From: Trichoplax adhaerens
Taxonomy: Eukaryota; Animalia; Placozoa
Assembly: GCF_000150275.1 (NCBI RefSeq)
Contig: NW_002060950.1
Span: 254,679 to 318,678 of the forward strand
DNA: 64,000 bases
Direction of reading: 5' to 3'
In this document: positions 1-46,745 of the stretch, one piece after another
Layout: each line of letters starts with the position of its first letter
How positions within the stretch are numbered: position 1 is the stretch's first letter
Position numbers and translations under genes: made by a program
Notes under the pieces: generated by a model
What the model saw: the letters and a program-made list of their open reading frames with translations, nothing else
Database searches by the model: none
What the model was told of the DNA's origin: nothing

Positions 1-1432
1 TAAAAAATGGCGCCGTCGCTTCAGAAACAGATAATGGAGGTAAAAAAATAGAGTCTAATAAAACATAGATGCAGTCTCGAATTTATCGTCTGGTAGTTAA
101 TCTTACTAACTAGTATAGTAATGATTACTGGCATAGAAAGACACTATAATTTCATAGCAAATGTTTTATCATCCAGGATCGACCGCATTACATTGGGCTG
201 TTGATGGTGGACATATCGATGTAGTCCGTTACCTATTGGAAAATGGGGCTAAGGTTGAAATACGGATCAACATATTAACACATAGATTAATTTAGATCTT
301 TCTTTTCTGCATTTCGCCGCAATTATGAAATTTTTCATAAATGAAGTATTTATGAATTATTTAGGTCACTCAAAGAGATACTGTTTCTGGTTGGACTCCA
401 ATAATAAGAGCAGGTACAGTAGCACTGCACAGTTCTGCATACATCTATATTAAAGCCTTGTAATACAGTTCTACAATTGGTCTACCAGTAATTTACTTGA
501 TGTTGCTACAGTAATGACGATAGTATAAACAAACACCTTTAGAAAGATTCATCGCCATATCGGCCAAAGCAGCATTTGACAAATCTCATTTTAAATCATG
601 TTTTAATATATAAATGGCTACGAGTATAGTAGTACGAATTTATATATTCTAAAGTATAAGCTTACTTAGACATTAAAATGCTTGATATAGGATTTATTAA
701 AAGCTTGTAAAGAAAACAAACGGAGTGAAGATAAATCGCGATAGTAGTGTCTACCGTGTTGCATTCAGTTTTAGAATTAAGATTAATTGCCTAGTATAAA
801 TTTAAATTGACCACGTCATATAGTAGTAGATTATACATTATTAATATGTTATAACCCACTTATTTTTTATCTGATAGCGGCCTCTGGAAGTAACCAGCGA
901 GTGGTACGAGTATTAATAGATCATGGTGCTAGTGTAAATGATAAAGATCCTGAAGGCAAGACTGCATTGATGGTAAGATAACATTAACAGCTTTAACATA
1001 TTATCCATACAATCATATCAGCGAAATTCAACAAGCCTTAAAGTTTGATAAATAATTATTCAATGCTATAGGTTGCAGTTATTAACGGATCGGAAGAAGT
1101 TATTCAAGTCTTGTTGGAACATAAAGCTGATATAAGCTATAAAAACGAAGTCAGTATCGTATACGCAGATGTAAATTTTTCATGTATCATCGATATAGAT
1201 AATTTGCTTGAGTTAAAATGTCAGCCTTTCTAATAATCCTATCTATCTACTTATCTTTAGTATGGTAAAACTGCTCTAGACTTCGCTCAAACATTCGATC
1301 GTAGGGTAATCTAATTTATTTGGCTTGTAAATTATGCCCAGTATATTGAATAATGTATTTATATAATACTTAATTTTTTCTTTACAGAGGATTGTGGCCT
1401 TGTTTGAAAAATATCGCGAAGAATCTGCTTAA
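1..1432 (+). CDS. FANK1: Ankyrin-repeat protein, FANK1-like (5' partial; 7 exons visible)
   Basis: Manual splicing of GT-AG exons (about 1-39, 177-253, 365-413, 878-972, 1072-1149, 1261-1305, 1388-1432) gives KNGAVASETDNGGSTALHWAVDGGHIDVVRYLLENGAKVTQRDTVSGWTPIIRAAASGSNQRVVRVLIDHGASVNDKDPEGKTALMVAVINGSEEVIQVLLEHKADISYKNEYGKTALDFAQTFDRRRIVALFEKYREESA*. This follows the recalled C-terminal ankyrin region of FANK1 (TALHWAxDGGH, SGWTP, NQRV, FDR). Confidence 0.85.
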
Positions 1433-2522
1433 GTGCAGAAATAAGCACCACAAATATTGATATTTTCAAACTTTCTATATTTTGATGAAGTACATTACAT
1501 AACATCTTGTCAAGATTATTTATAGAATTCAGTCTATTCTTTTTTGTTCTTATTGACATACAATAGTCCCTCTAAATTTTCATTCTTTGTTATTTCATTA
1601 TATTCAATCATAAAAAATTTTAAAATTTCATGGCGTCATTTAATTCTATGTTAAAGCTTATTTTATTCTGAAATAGTGAATCATGATATTATATTGTGAT
1701 CAAACTTTTCGATGATAACTAAATTTATAACAGTTTTATACTGGATTAACGGTATACTTTTATAGCAATTCCATTGCTTCCAGAATTAAATAAGACCATT
1801 TTTTCCATACTAAATTAAAATTGGAGGTAATAAAGTAAAGTATCATATCAAATTTGATTAAAATACTTAGTGAGAAACTGAGCCAAATTATGACTAATAA
1901 TTATAGTATGGATTTATGTCTTACGATATTGTGCCGTATCGATATTTAAAAAGAAAAATTCTACATATAGACCACTTCAAAAAAATTTAATGAAGACTAT
2001 GAAATCTCATAATCGTAAGGTTATCTAGTTACCGAGAAAGTAAACATTATGCATGTTCATTGTTATTTTAATCTCTGCCACTTATATTAGAGTACGTCAT
2101 TACCAATTAGAGCGCATTGCATTAACAAAAGAAGCATTTTTATTAAGGATTTGATAAGTAAGAAAGTAATTAATTTCGATATCATTGAATGACAGTGAAG
2201 CAAATATAATTTGTTTAGGGCGATAAATCAAATTACAAATATTTGCTTTCATACTGTTATAAACCCTTTACGAAATAATCCACGGTTATTATTTACTGCG
2301 ATTGATAGAAAATACCAAAATCGTATAAATCTTAGAGGCCGTTTTCATTTACTTTTCAGTATTGTAGTCAACGTGTGACCACAATTACATAAGGTTTGCT
2401 AGAATCAACTACTTTTAACTATTCAGATTATTAGAACAATTCCAAATACAAGCTAGTAAGTTTACCTAAGAAAATGCTATAATATCTTTGTAGCTTCTAT
2501 GCAATTAAACACTGACTTTAGT

Positions 2523-21113
<18,591 letters not shown>

Positions 21114-21936
21114 GATGGTTACCAATGCGTTCTTATCCTTCTGTTAGTCGATAATACGAATGGATGAATTATAACGTGGGATAAGAGTCACACCAATTTC
21201 TTCGACAGGCCGTACACTAGCTAGTTGTTTAATTAAGTGATGGAACGGAAGAGATCATTCATATCGTGCTTCTTAATTAATCAGAGTCTGATCTATATGG
21301 CTATGAATTTCAACAGCGCTAAATAAAAGGAATAAACAATTGGGCAAATCGTAAAAACAACATTCAAGCAATGAATCGCCCAATCAGTAATTAGATTATC
21401 GATTCATGAACTTCTTAGTAGAATAAATTAACCAGTTGATGAATCCTACACCCCTAGAGAATACGTAAGTTCAATAGAATTGTCTACTAAAACAATAATT
21501 TTAATATCTATTGAGAAATGAAGAAACAATGTCCATTACTTTATTTAATAACAATAGTCAAAATTAATGAAATTAATTTGAATATATTACGTTGTATAGT
21601 TAATTTGTTTTTACCATATCCGCTTGAGCATCATTTTATATTATTTTATTAACTTTTTAGCCTGTTCTAGGTGTAGCGTTGAAAGAATATACTGAATGTC
21701 ACATTTCTCGCCCTTTTTCGGTATCTCCGGTGATTCTTTTTACATCCCTTCAAATGCGATATAATCTATTTACTGTGCAAGTCTGTGATGTTGCAAAGTG
21801 TTACTTTATAGGCATGATATATTGATGTCCTCGTTTAAAGAAAATGCTATTGGTCATTACGGGTGTAATAAACAGATTGATTCTGTTAAATTAATTTTCC
21901 AGAGTGATGTTCCATTTGTAGTTTTTTATAATTTTA

Positions 21937-22250
21937 AAGAATCAATAACCTCTTCATGGTTATCATTAAGATCATTGTTGACTATACTTGATTGGATAGG
22001 CGTCAAATTTTAGGTGCATGGTTAAAACTTAGCAAACATTTATCCTCGAAGATAGGGCGATTGAGATAGATTAACACCCTTTCAATCTTAATAATAAGAA
22101 TTAATAACCTCTTCATAGTCATCATTAAGATCATTATTGACCATACTTGGTTGGATAGGCGTCAAATTTCTGGTGTATGGACAAAACTTAGCAAATATTT
22201 ATCCTCGAAGATAAGGCGATTGAGATAGATTGACACCCTTTTCAATTTTA
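21937..22250. repeat. 160-bp direct tandem duplication between the two ferlins
   Basis: Two highly similar copies starting aagaat(c/t)aataacctcttcat at 21937 and 22097. Confidence 0.9.
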
Positions 22251-23407
22251 AAGTTAATCAGCAATAGCCTATCCTATGAGAATTGGAGATTGGGCTTTTA
22301 GAGGTTTAGCCAAGGAAAATCACTGTGAATTACGCTGTAATTCTTTAACTGTAAGGCTAAAAAGGTCTTAGCGTCCGGAACGAATGCATCCGGATTAGAT
22401 CTGGACCAACAATGAGAACGTGAACGCAAATACGGATGCCATAAAAGACGAATATGGTGGTTACTTAATCATGAAGTTTTATATCAATGAGACAGGTTCT
22501 ATCCGTAAAATATCTATCTACGAAATACTGTGATGGATCTATCGATGCATACCGACAGAGCCACCGCATTCTAGTATGCTTATGCAACATATCACAAGGA
22601 CTCAACTGCACGATAACTTTTATGTATCTACTGTATCAATATGACAGCATCGGAGATAAATACATCGTAAGGAATTTACTATAATTTACAGCGCGGTAGT
22701 AACAACCATTGCAAACTGACTTTAAAATCTAAAATTCTTTTCAACCTTCAGAAATTCGATATTAGCATTATAGTTTAATAATAGTAAGTACATACTTCGG
22801 GTATAACTAGAATTGGAAATCAGAATACTTGTATAAAGATATTGACACACCACACTTCTCCAGCACTTATTCTGAAAGTCAAATAAAATAATCGTTCAAT
22901 TATTAAAGGACGTGCACATACAATACTGAACCATTTATTTCACTTATTTCTTGCAAAAATGACTTTTGTACTTGATGATAGATCATCTAATAGTCCGTGG
23001 GCAACTTTACGTAAATATTCTTCAATTCAAGCTTCATTTTAATCTGAACAATAATTACCATAAGGAATTGCATAACAACAGTCGCCTCTACTGTAAAAAT
23101 ATCGAAATGTTAATGCGATTTTTTTTCATTTCATACAAAGTCAGCATGGATTTGATAGCTTTAAATAGTTAATCTGTTGCAGAATGCGACCAATGCGTAA
23201 CAAATTTCTAAAATTCAAAAATGTAACAGCCGATTTTGAACTAATTCAAGTAAACACGTCAAGCAAGCAGCTCAGCTTTTAAAACAGCACAATCTATATA
23301 TCAAATTCCAAGAAATCATATCTAGAATAATACTCATTTAACCCTATAATTTTGTATATTATGAAGCAGCAATGGATAAAAAAAATTTATATTATTATGT
23401 ATACATA

Positions 23408-38376
<14,969 letters not shown>

Positions 38377-39528
38377 CTTTAAAGCAGTTTTTTATCTTAT
38401 TCAGGAGCACTATACAAGCAGTTTCTCCTAGCCGTTCCTCAATAACCAATTATTCTGTCTTCGTGATACTGAACACAAACCTTTGTAATTTACCAATACA
38501 GTGCATCGACGCGATAACGATGGGCGATGGCTTGATAAATTATGAACGCTAGACACGATAAAATTAAAAAGATTCTAGTTAGCTAGTATAATGCATCAAT
38601 GTATTAATATTAAGAAAATTGAATATCATACTGCATGAAACAATTAGAATGGTTACATAATACAGCAATCTGAACCATATGATATCTAAAAAGCTACATT
38701 TATGTGCACATGCATAGTTTGTGATTATCAATTATATCTAAAGGAAACATACGGTTCCCTTCATTTTAAACAATTGTAACATAATATGTAATAGCTAGCC
38801 TATTGACATTCAACGCCATAAAATTTGTATTAAGCAAATGACTGAAATTGTTTACAGCTGATACTATTTACTATACGTACATTCCTGTTAAATATTGCAA
38901 TTTATTGCAAAACTAGGTAAAGATCACTTTAACGCTAACCTCAATGTTTTCAATGAAATTTTATTTACTGATTGTTTTATAGAAATAGTTGCGATCATAC
39001 AGTACTTCGTCACCTTCGATGATCTCATTATTTTGGCAATAATTACGAGTGCATTAAACCTTTACATTTTTAAGTCTAACTACAATGTCGTATGATGTCT
39101 ACAGTACATGTGAAAAACGACATACGAGATATCCTAGTAGGTTGCAGAGATCCTTGCAGTCTGTAACATTTCATATTTATCAATTAGTAATAGGTAATAA
39201 ATAAAAACAATATCTCATACTGTAGCTGAAAATAACGCAAATCGATTACTTCTATCGAATTTTATTAGCTTCCATAGCGGTCAACGAGACAACTAATAAA
39301 CTTGAACGACAACATCAATATCGTTTAGCTTTATTGTACAGAAGATTGCAATCAGCATTGGAGCGGTATACTAAACAATAGTCCTTACTATAGATATTTA
39401 ACAGACTGTTATCCATAAGTAAAATAATTACAACAAGCAAATCAATTTTGTGATATTAAAAGTTCAAATCTTCACTTGTGGTACTAGTAATGAAAAATCT
39501 CGAAATTGATAAGGCAACGTAGCACGAA

Positions 39529-42500
39529 TTATTTCAACTTATTTTTGAGTCTTTCCTGTTTTGACGGACGTCTTCGTTTTTTCTTGGATGACCCTGATGA
39601 TTTCCTGGATCCATTAGTACGCCCTTTGATTTACAAGTACAGAAACAGCCTCAATTGTCACAGCTAAATGGATAGCGTAAACAATAAATGGGCAACTTTG
39701 CTTCTTCATTGAAGTTACTGATATAGTCCAATCCGATCAATAACGAATACAGTATAGTAATAATTATCATTTTTAAATATTTCATTCACATCGTAATATA
39801 AATGTAAATAGATTAGATTAGCGAAAAGCTGATAATAACGTTATAACAATATTCATTGAGCAGTAATAATAGGTTAAACAGTAGTAATAGTGATACTCAG
39901 TGGCAATTTGTAGTCAAACAGAAATTTTAATTTTACAATTAGATTTACCTTTCACTGAGTTATCACGCAATCTTTGAAGTACAGATGCCAACCCATTCTG
40001 CTCTTTAGTGCACCCTACGGGACTTGCAGATTTCCGGGAGATCTATACATTAATGATATTAAAATCGCAATTCACAGTTAATACGATATTGCAAGAATGA
40101 AGAAGTATAATGTATCAAATTACATTATTAGCTCATTAGTCATACATGATTTATCTCATATAGTAGATTTAGATTTTAATATAAAATGTTTAACGAAAAA
40201 ATGCCAAAGAATTTGATAACCTGCTAGTACTAATATCAAGCTATTTTTAACTGCATAACTGCTCAAAACGGCTATAAAATCGTTTGTACTTATACAAGCA
40301 AAAATAGACATTCTCATATTCAAATAGATACTCGTTAAAACATTCACTATTTTTATTAATTAATAATCAATCGCATCTATAAATTTAATTAGTCAAAAGA
40401 AAGTAGCTTATTAAGTTATAAGTTAATAGTAATAACATATCAGAATATTAAATGCAATCCAATTCATCTATGAATCAGATATACAACAAAAATTAATAAA
40501 CTAAAACCTGCGATTTTTATTTTCAACGGGGTTTGCGTACAATTATATAAAATTATATAATTTACCGATGCAGTTTTTGCTTCATAAGTGATAATGTAGA
40601 GAAGAGGGCATTTTAAACTAAACTAAAAGTACATTCATACATACTACATGTGGAGGTTAGGTTACATGGTGTAGCATTGAAATAAAGTAAAAGGAATCTA
40701 ACTAATTAAGCAATCGTAATGTTTGAATGATCTAACTAAACCGTGATAAATATTATATTCGAACAATCTTTATCAAAGCATTCAGTCATAAATTACTCCT
40801 ACGTCAAGCCTTGAAAATATCGATGGAATCTTATCCTGGCTGTTCGCTGATGCAGTTGCACTGATTCTTTTTCTTAGATCTTCTCTGTAAATGTAAAAAT
40901 TCATGAAAGCATTATATCTACAGTAACGCACAAATCTTGATGAACAATAAAAACATTTTTTCGATATCAATTAATAGAATAAAATAAAAATATTCTGCTA
41001 ATAAATTAAGCTTTTAGCAAGATAGCAATTAAATAAAAGCTACTGTTCGAAATTGAGCTCTACTTGAATCGAACGTTGTTGTTGGTAAAGGTTGGTTCTC
41101 TTGAAAACGATTTACTTTTAATCTTAATAGCATCACTGTAACCCCTTTTTTCTTGACCTAATAATAATTAATAAAACCTCAAGAAATAGTAGAAGAGTGC
41201 AGATCCTATCATTTCTATATTATGTAGCCTACTGAAGGAGTTGAATAATAACAGCACATAAAGTGTAACCTTGTACCATATCACAGCCTCATATCATAGA
41301 AATTGAGTTAAAATACGGTAGGCTATCTAAAATTGATAAATTCAATGAAGATCATATATAATTTAAGTTCGGTTACATGTTATATTTCTTGAAACAGACT
41401 CCATAGAAATTTCAGAAGCTTCTGAGAATGAGGGAGATGCTGCAAGATTACAGTATATATTAGTATAAACATATGTAAGGCTTGAGTGGATGAGACGTAC
41501 AGTATATTATAATTTATAACTAATAAACAGATTCTAATTGCATTTCTTACAATTACGCCTTTTCATGGCTGAAAACGGATATAGCGAAGTATCATCAGAT
41601 TTTATGCCATCTTCCATATCGCTGCCGGAAGGTGTCGAAAATCGCGGTTCAACATTAACTATGAAAAGGTGAAAATCACACAAAATTTTTATAGTGGTGT
41701 ACAGCTTACACTAGTTTATCCAAGCGATTAGAAAGCAATTTATAAGCTTTTACCATTTGCGTCATTAGTATTGGTGATATTGGAAGCCAAAGAAAATGCT
41801 TCAGAATGCTCGTCATCGCTACGTCCATTGTTATACTTTGAGACATTAAAATTTGGAGTACTGTTCTGATTTGGGTAGGTATTTTTAATCAATTCATCGA
41901 CCTAAGTTTACAACATAACAAAAGTACAAGCTCTAAAGGCATAAATCCTGCACATAATGCTGTAAATATGATTCTACATAACTTTCGTGCTTTTAACCTG
42001 AAATTCAGTAGAAGCAAGATTTATAATTTCCGTATCCTGCGGGCCTATAGGAAGTATAAAGAAACCTTAACCGAAGTGGTACACTACTGATAGTTTCTTA
42101 CAATGTAACTACTGTATTTTACGGAGTTTTCAGCTAATATTTAAAAATAAAGCGTTCTACGTAATTTATAGACACGTCCATTTAAAACAGCAACTTTACA
42201 ATCGTACCTTGTCGGTATTTACGTGAGGATGGCGAACTGTCAATAGGATCAGGGGAGCCATTCCAACTAATATTACCGCTACATTGATGTGTTTCCTGTT
42301 GATAAAGTTATCAGCTATATTTTAGAAAATCCGCCCACTGTCACAAATAGAGACAGCTGTAAATTCATTTGAAAAAAATTTCGCAAGGTACACGTATTTA
42401 CACAAGCTATAAAAAAGTAAAATACCTCTTCCTGATCGTTAATGCCAAATAAGGAACCAACATCCGAGCTACCACAACGTTAGAAAAAGAAATCACTGTA

Positions 42501-43167
42501 GGAAATACTTTCCACTAATTATACAGTACTATATCGTTCAATATGGCTTTCATTGCTTACTCTACATTCAAAATAACAGGCGATCCGTCTTCACGGGGAG
42601 TATTTAATGGCGAATGATCTAACATCTAACAATAACGTTATATGCTAAAGTTGTAAAAGGAGACTACTAACGACATCATTTAGTTTAACTACATTTAAAA
42701 GTCTAAGGCAAAAGCGATGTTATTCTGCAAGGTTGGATAAAGTTACTAACGACTGTAATATATCGCATTATCAAGGTTCCATCTCATTACCTGAGTGGAC
42801 TCGGCAACTGAAATTCTAAAATTGATAAAGAAGGAAAATTTCACAACATTATCTTAAAAAGAATACGCAATACATTTTGCGAATAGCATAGTTTTACAAA
42901 TACGTAAACATATCTAATTGCAATGGCAAAGGTTAGATTGTAACTCGTTGTAAAATAGCAATCATCCTATTCTACAGCAGTAAAGACCATTCTCAATCCC
43001 CTGTACGATCCTATTCACTATAACAACTATTGGCAAAGATGAAACGGGAGGCAAATATAGGCATTGAAATAAAGGTCTTACTGTGATTGTTGATTGATAG
43101 TCCGTTCATCCGGCGCTTGATGAAGGTCCTCCATTTCATGGCATAATTCTTGTCTTGATAGCGACCG
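39529..43167 (-). CDS. Multi-exon gene of unknown function: Ser/Asp/Asn-rich, probably disordered, with basic NLS-like C-terminus
   Basis: A chain of short GT-AG exons joins in frame: MEDLHQAPDERTINQQSQISVAESTQMLDHSPLNTPREDGSPVILNVDSDVGSLFGINDQEE...STPSGSDMEDG...KEDLRKRISATASANSQDKIPSIFSRLD...LASVLQRLRDNSVK...RKSSGSSKKKRRRPSKQERLKNKLK*. ATG at 43134, with an in-frame phase-0 acceptor just upstream (exon start 43167). Some junctions in 40100-41400 are uncertain. Confidence 0.65.
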
Positions 43168-43883
43168 CTAGTAGTTCAATTTAACGTTTACAAATTAATA
43201 ATGATGGCTAAAAATTCCTGTATTCCTTTTTTGCCGATACGTATTTTGAAAAATGGAAATTTAGCACGAACGTTCCACTTTTAAGGTCAATTATAATTAA
43301 TTAATAATTCAAGGAGTCATTGCCATAGCGCTGCGTCTTTTCCTAATTAGCAAAGTCGAGTTTTATGTACACTTCATATCGTTAAAAGCGGATTCTACGG
43401 TAAATAATGCATGTTCTACACGTGTATGGTATAAAAGTCTTGTTGCATGGTACAGTATATCATAAAAGCCATGCATAATATCGAACCAATGTACTACCAG
43501 CGTTGTGATCTTAAACGGCTAAAGTCCAATTTTGAGCTGAACTGCACGTTGATCCTGTAATAATATCTATCATTGCTCAACCTCGGACGTCAGTGAAATT
43601 ACGCCGATTTTCATCAATATTTGCCATTTTAATATCTATGCTCATGAACTGTTGAGGCATTAATCCTCGAAATTACACCTTCCTACGCCATTATTGCAAT
43701 CTTCTGCTACGACGATTACGGCATAGACTACTGTATAGTAGAGTGGACTGTAGTCGTGACTATTGATCAAATGCAGTATGCGATATAAGCAGTTTGCAGA
43801 ATAATGAATTGATTGAATAATTTTTGGATCAAATCGATTTGAGCTTAATTTCCTAGTATAGTTTATAGGTTGCTCTAAGCAAT

Positions 43884-44795
43884 TCATACTGGTCCATGAC
43901 TGTACCAGGCACTTTCTAAGAGGTTAGACGTCTCTGGCTGTACTGCCAAAGAAAATCCACTAGCATCTACGCCATCGTCATGCGCTGCTAATACTATCTT
44001 AGTCTTGCTGACAATGATTGACCTATTCTCTACATCATTTTATAAAGGTAAGGGAAGAATTTTCCGTTACTTTTACAAAATGATGAAGAGAATAAGTTCA
44101 TTAATGCAACTAAGGTTAAATTACGTTAACTGGTTCCACGCTTACTTGTAGGCTCGGATCATCATTGACGATCATATCTTGAGTCGATGTCGGCGTTGAA
44201 GGTCCACCTGCATCCACGCTATAGCATTCCGTTGCCAATACTACGTCAGCTTTACAGTCCATGTTTAATATCTTTTCTGTACCATTCTATAAAAATAAAA
44301 CGTAAGTAATTTTCCGTTTTTCTTATAAAATAATGAAGAGAATAAGTTTATGAACACAACTAAGGTTAAATTATATTCATTGGGTCTATGTTACCTGCAG
44401 GCTCCGGTCATCATTGACGATGATATCTTGCGTCGATGTCGGTGTTGAGATTCCTTCCGACGCATTTTCATCTCCATCTACAGTATAAGAAAAACAAAAT
44501 GCCTCCGTTTCAATTTATCAACCCTTCTTCATCAGGTGCTATTCCATTTCCTCTTTAAACGATAGAAGAACAACTTACCTGTCGCTACTGATGGCGGAAA
44601 GTTGTAGTAACGATCGAGATAGTGGCTAGATTGCACTGCACGACCTGCATTCCACCAATCCCAATTAGTTGGAAAATAAACCCAACAGGTTTCACTATTT
44701 CCCCCATCGTCGTCACTGCTGTCAGTCATCATGGTTTGGTTGAGTAGCGAAAGGCAATTCTCCTTCGGTACACTATCTATCCTATTCATCATCAT
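43884..44795 (-). CDS. Orphan coding exons with internal repeat (separate gene, or 5' part of the downstream orphan)
   Basis: MMMNRIDS...CWVYFPTNWDWWN...SVAT|gtaagt, then DGDENASEGISTPTSTQDIIVNDDRSLQ, then NGTEKILNMDCKADVVLATECYSVDAGGPSTPTSTQDMIVNDDPSLQ, then (NDVE)NRSIIVSKTKIVLAAHDDGVDASG...HGP(V*). Phases are compatible across the first three exons. Confidence 0.55.
44030..44455. repeat. 250-bp exon+intron tandem duplication
   Basis: tttccgtt...tgaagagaataagtt...caactaaggttaaatta...tcattgacgat...gtcgatgtcgg occurs at 44061 and again at 44311. Confidence 0.9.
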
Positions 44796-45256
44796 CGTCC
44801 TCCTTCACTTATAAAATTCAATGATATCTGGCAAAAGCGTTTTATTCCAAGGCAACGGAAAAAACCCTAAGGTGGACGACAAATTGAGTCCTTATAAGCA
44901 AGATTCGCACGTGGCAGTGTGCACCAGGAAACCACCAGCAGCTTGTGGTAGCGACGACTTTATTCACGCCAATATTTCCACATTTCATATGGACTACATG
45001 CCCCACTACAGTACCGTAAAGAGTACTGTAGTAGTACTGTCCATTGCACACCGTGAGCTAGGCCAGCCATGGCCAAACCATCAATTTACAAGTTTCTTAA
45101 ATTAAACAACTTAATCTAGAGTCTATCCTATCCGTTGTGGAGAATGTTCAATATCTCTAGCTATAACGAAGGAGTCTAAGTGAATGCTTACATAGACAGT
45201 ACGATAAATGTCCTTAACTATCACCATAAAATAATGTGCACTGCATTTGTTCCAAG

Positions 45257-45300
45257 CAGGACTTTCAAGAGAAAATTCCTCTTTTTTTTACAAGTCCCTG
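45257..45300. mobile_element. Miniature remnant related to the 46809 MITE
   Basis: Ends caggactt...aagtccctg resemble the CAGGGACT/AGTCCCTG termini, with internal aaaattc. No clear TSD. Confidence 0.4.
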
Positions 45301-45905
45301 ACTGCAGACTGCACATTAATGGAAGAACTTTTTAAAAATTGGCCGGGGTCGACTGCACTGTCGGCCTGCGTTTGGTAGACACGATAGATTTAGACAGTAA
45401 AATATAGAACATTTTATTGCATCCATCTACTTTACGCTTGTTGGTAATGGATAACTTTGAACGCTACTTTAGGGCCAATAGAAATAACAAATTTACGAGA
45501 ATATCAATTTGTTGAATTTCAGTAACTTTGCAAAATGATATTTTGATAATGTTATGGCATGGACGACAGTAAAATACGTAGAGCCCATAGTTGTAAACCA
45601 CCGTGCACTCTTAGTAGAAGACCTTCTGCTGTAACAGGCTTTCTTCTAGTAGTCCATATTACAGTAATTTCAGTAGTCAGCAAAACGACAAGATTACTAC
45701 TCACTGCAGTAAAGTAACACTATTCCATAAAATCCTCGATGTTGTCATCAAAACAGCATTTATTACGAACTGCAATAGACTCTATAGTATTGTACAGCAC
45801 GCTTTCGAGGTACCTAAACTTATAAATGAAGGCTCCTGGGAGTCGACAGCAAAGCGATAAAATCATTGCCATCACTACTCCCCGTAGCAATGGCTTCCTG
45901 ATGTG

Positions 45906-46680
45906 GATTATGTACTTACGTAGAAGGGGAAAAAAAGCTTTTTCCTTTACCTCTATCCCGTCAGAGCAACAAGACCATGAATACTCTAGCTACATTAGTA
46001 CACGATAATGTAGCAATGTAAACCTGATATAGATTATGTACTTATGTAGAGGGGGAAAAAGCTTTTTCATTTACCTCTATCCAGTCGGAGCAACAAGACC
46101 ATGAATACTCTAGCTACATTAGTACACGATAATGTAGCAATGTAAACCTGATATAGATTATGTACTTATGTAGAGGGGGAAAAAAGCTTTTTCATTTACC
46201 TCTATCCAGTCGGAGCAACAAGACCATGAATACTGTAGCTACATTAGTACACGATAATGTGGTAATGTAAACCCGACAAGGACATGATATGGATTATGTA
46301 CTTACGAAGAGGGGGAAAGAAGCTTTTTCCTATACCTCTATCCTGTCAGCGCAACAAGACCATGAATACCGTAGCTACATTAGTACACGATAATGTAGCA
46401 ATGTAAATCTGATATGGATTATGTACTTAAGTAGCGGGAGAAAAAACCTATTTCATTTACCTCTATCCAGTCAGAGCAACAAGACCATGAATACTGTAGC
46501 TACATTACTACACGACAATGTATTATTGTAAACCTGACATGGACCTGATATGGATTATGTACTTACGTAGAGGGGGAAAGAAGCTTTTTCTTTTACCCCT
46601 ATCCCGTCAGAGCAACAAGACCATGAATACTGTAGCTACATTAGTAAACGAAATGTAGTAATGTAAATCAGGCAAGGACG
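45906..46680. repeat. Tandem array of six 124-136 bp units, each with two inverted repeats
   Basis: gattatgtactta starts at 45906, 46032, 46156, 46292, 46417 and 46553. Each unit carries a tagagg..gaaaaAGCTttttc..cctcta-type stem and a GCTACATTA-N8-TAATGTAGC-type stem, with some per-copy substitutions. Confidence 0.95.
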
Positions 46681-46745
46681 ATAAATCATAAAATACGCAT
46701 ACGCGTATATTGCACATAGATATCAAGTAGTGAACGATAATAGTC

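Noticed and set aside
45826-46008. 60-aa ORF running into the tandem array
   Set aside because: Unit lengths are mostly not multiples of three and the frame is not preserved between copies.
45906-46680. Array as a CRISPR or as tandem hammerhead ribozymes
   Set aside because: Whole units are repeated with no unique spacers, and the context is eukaryotic. No CTGANGA...GAAA core on either strand (closest are CTGATAT and CTGACGG).
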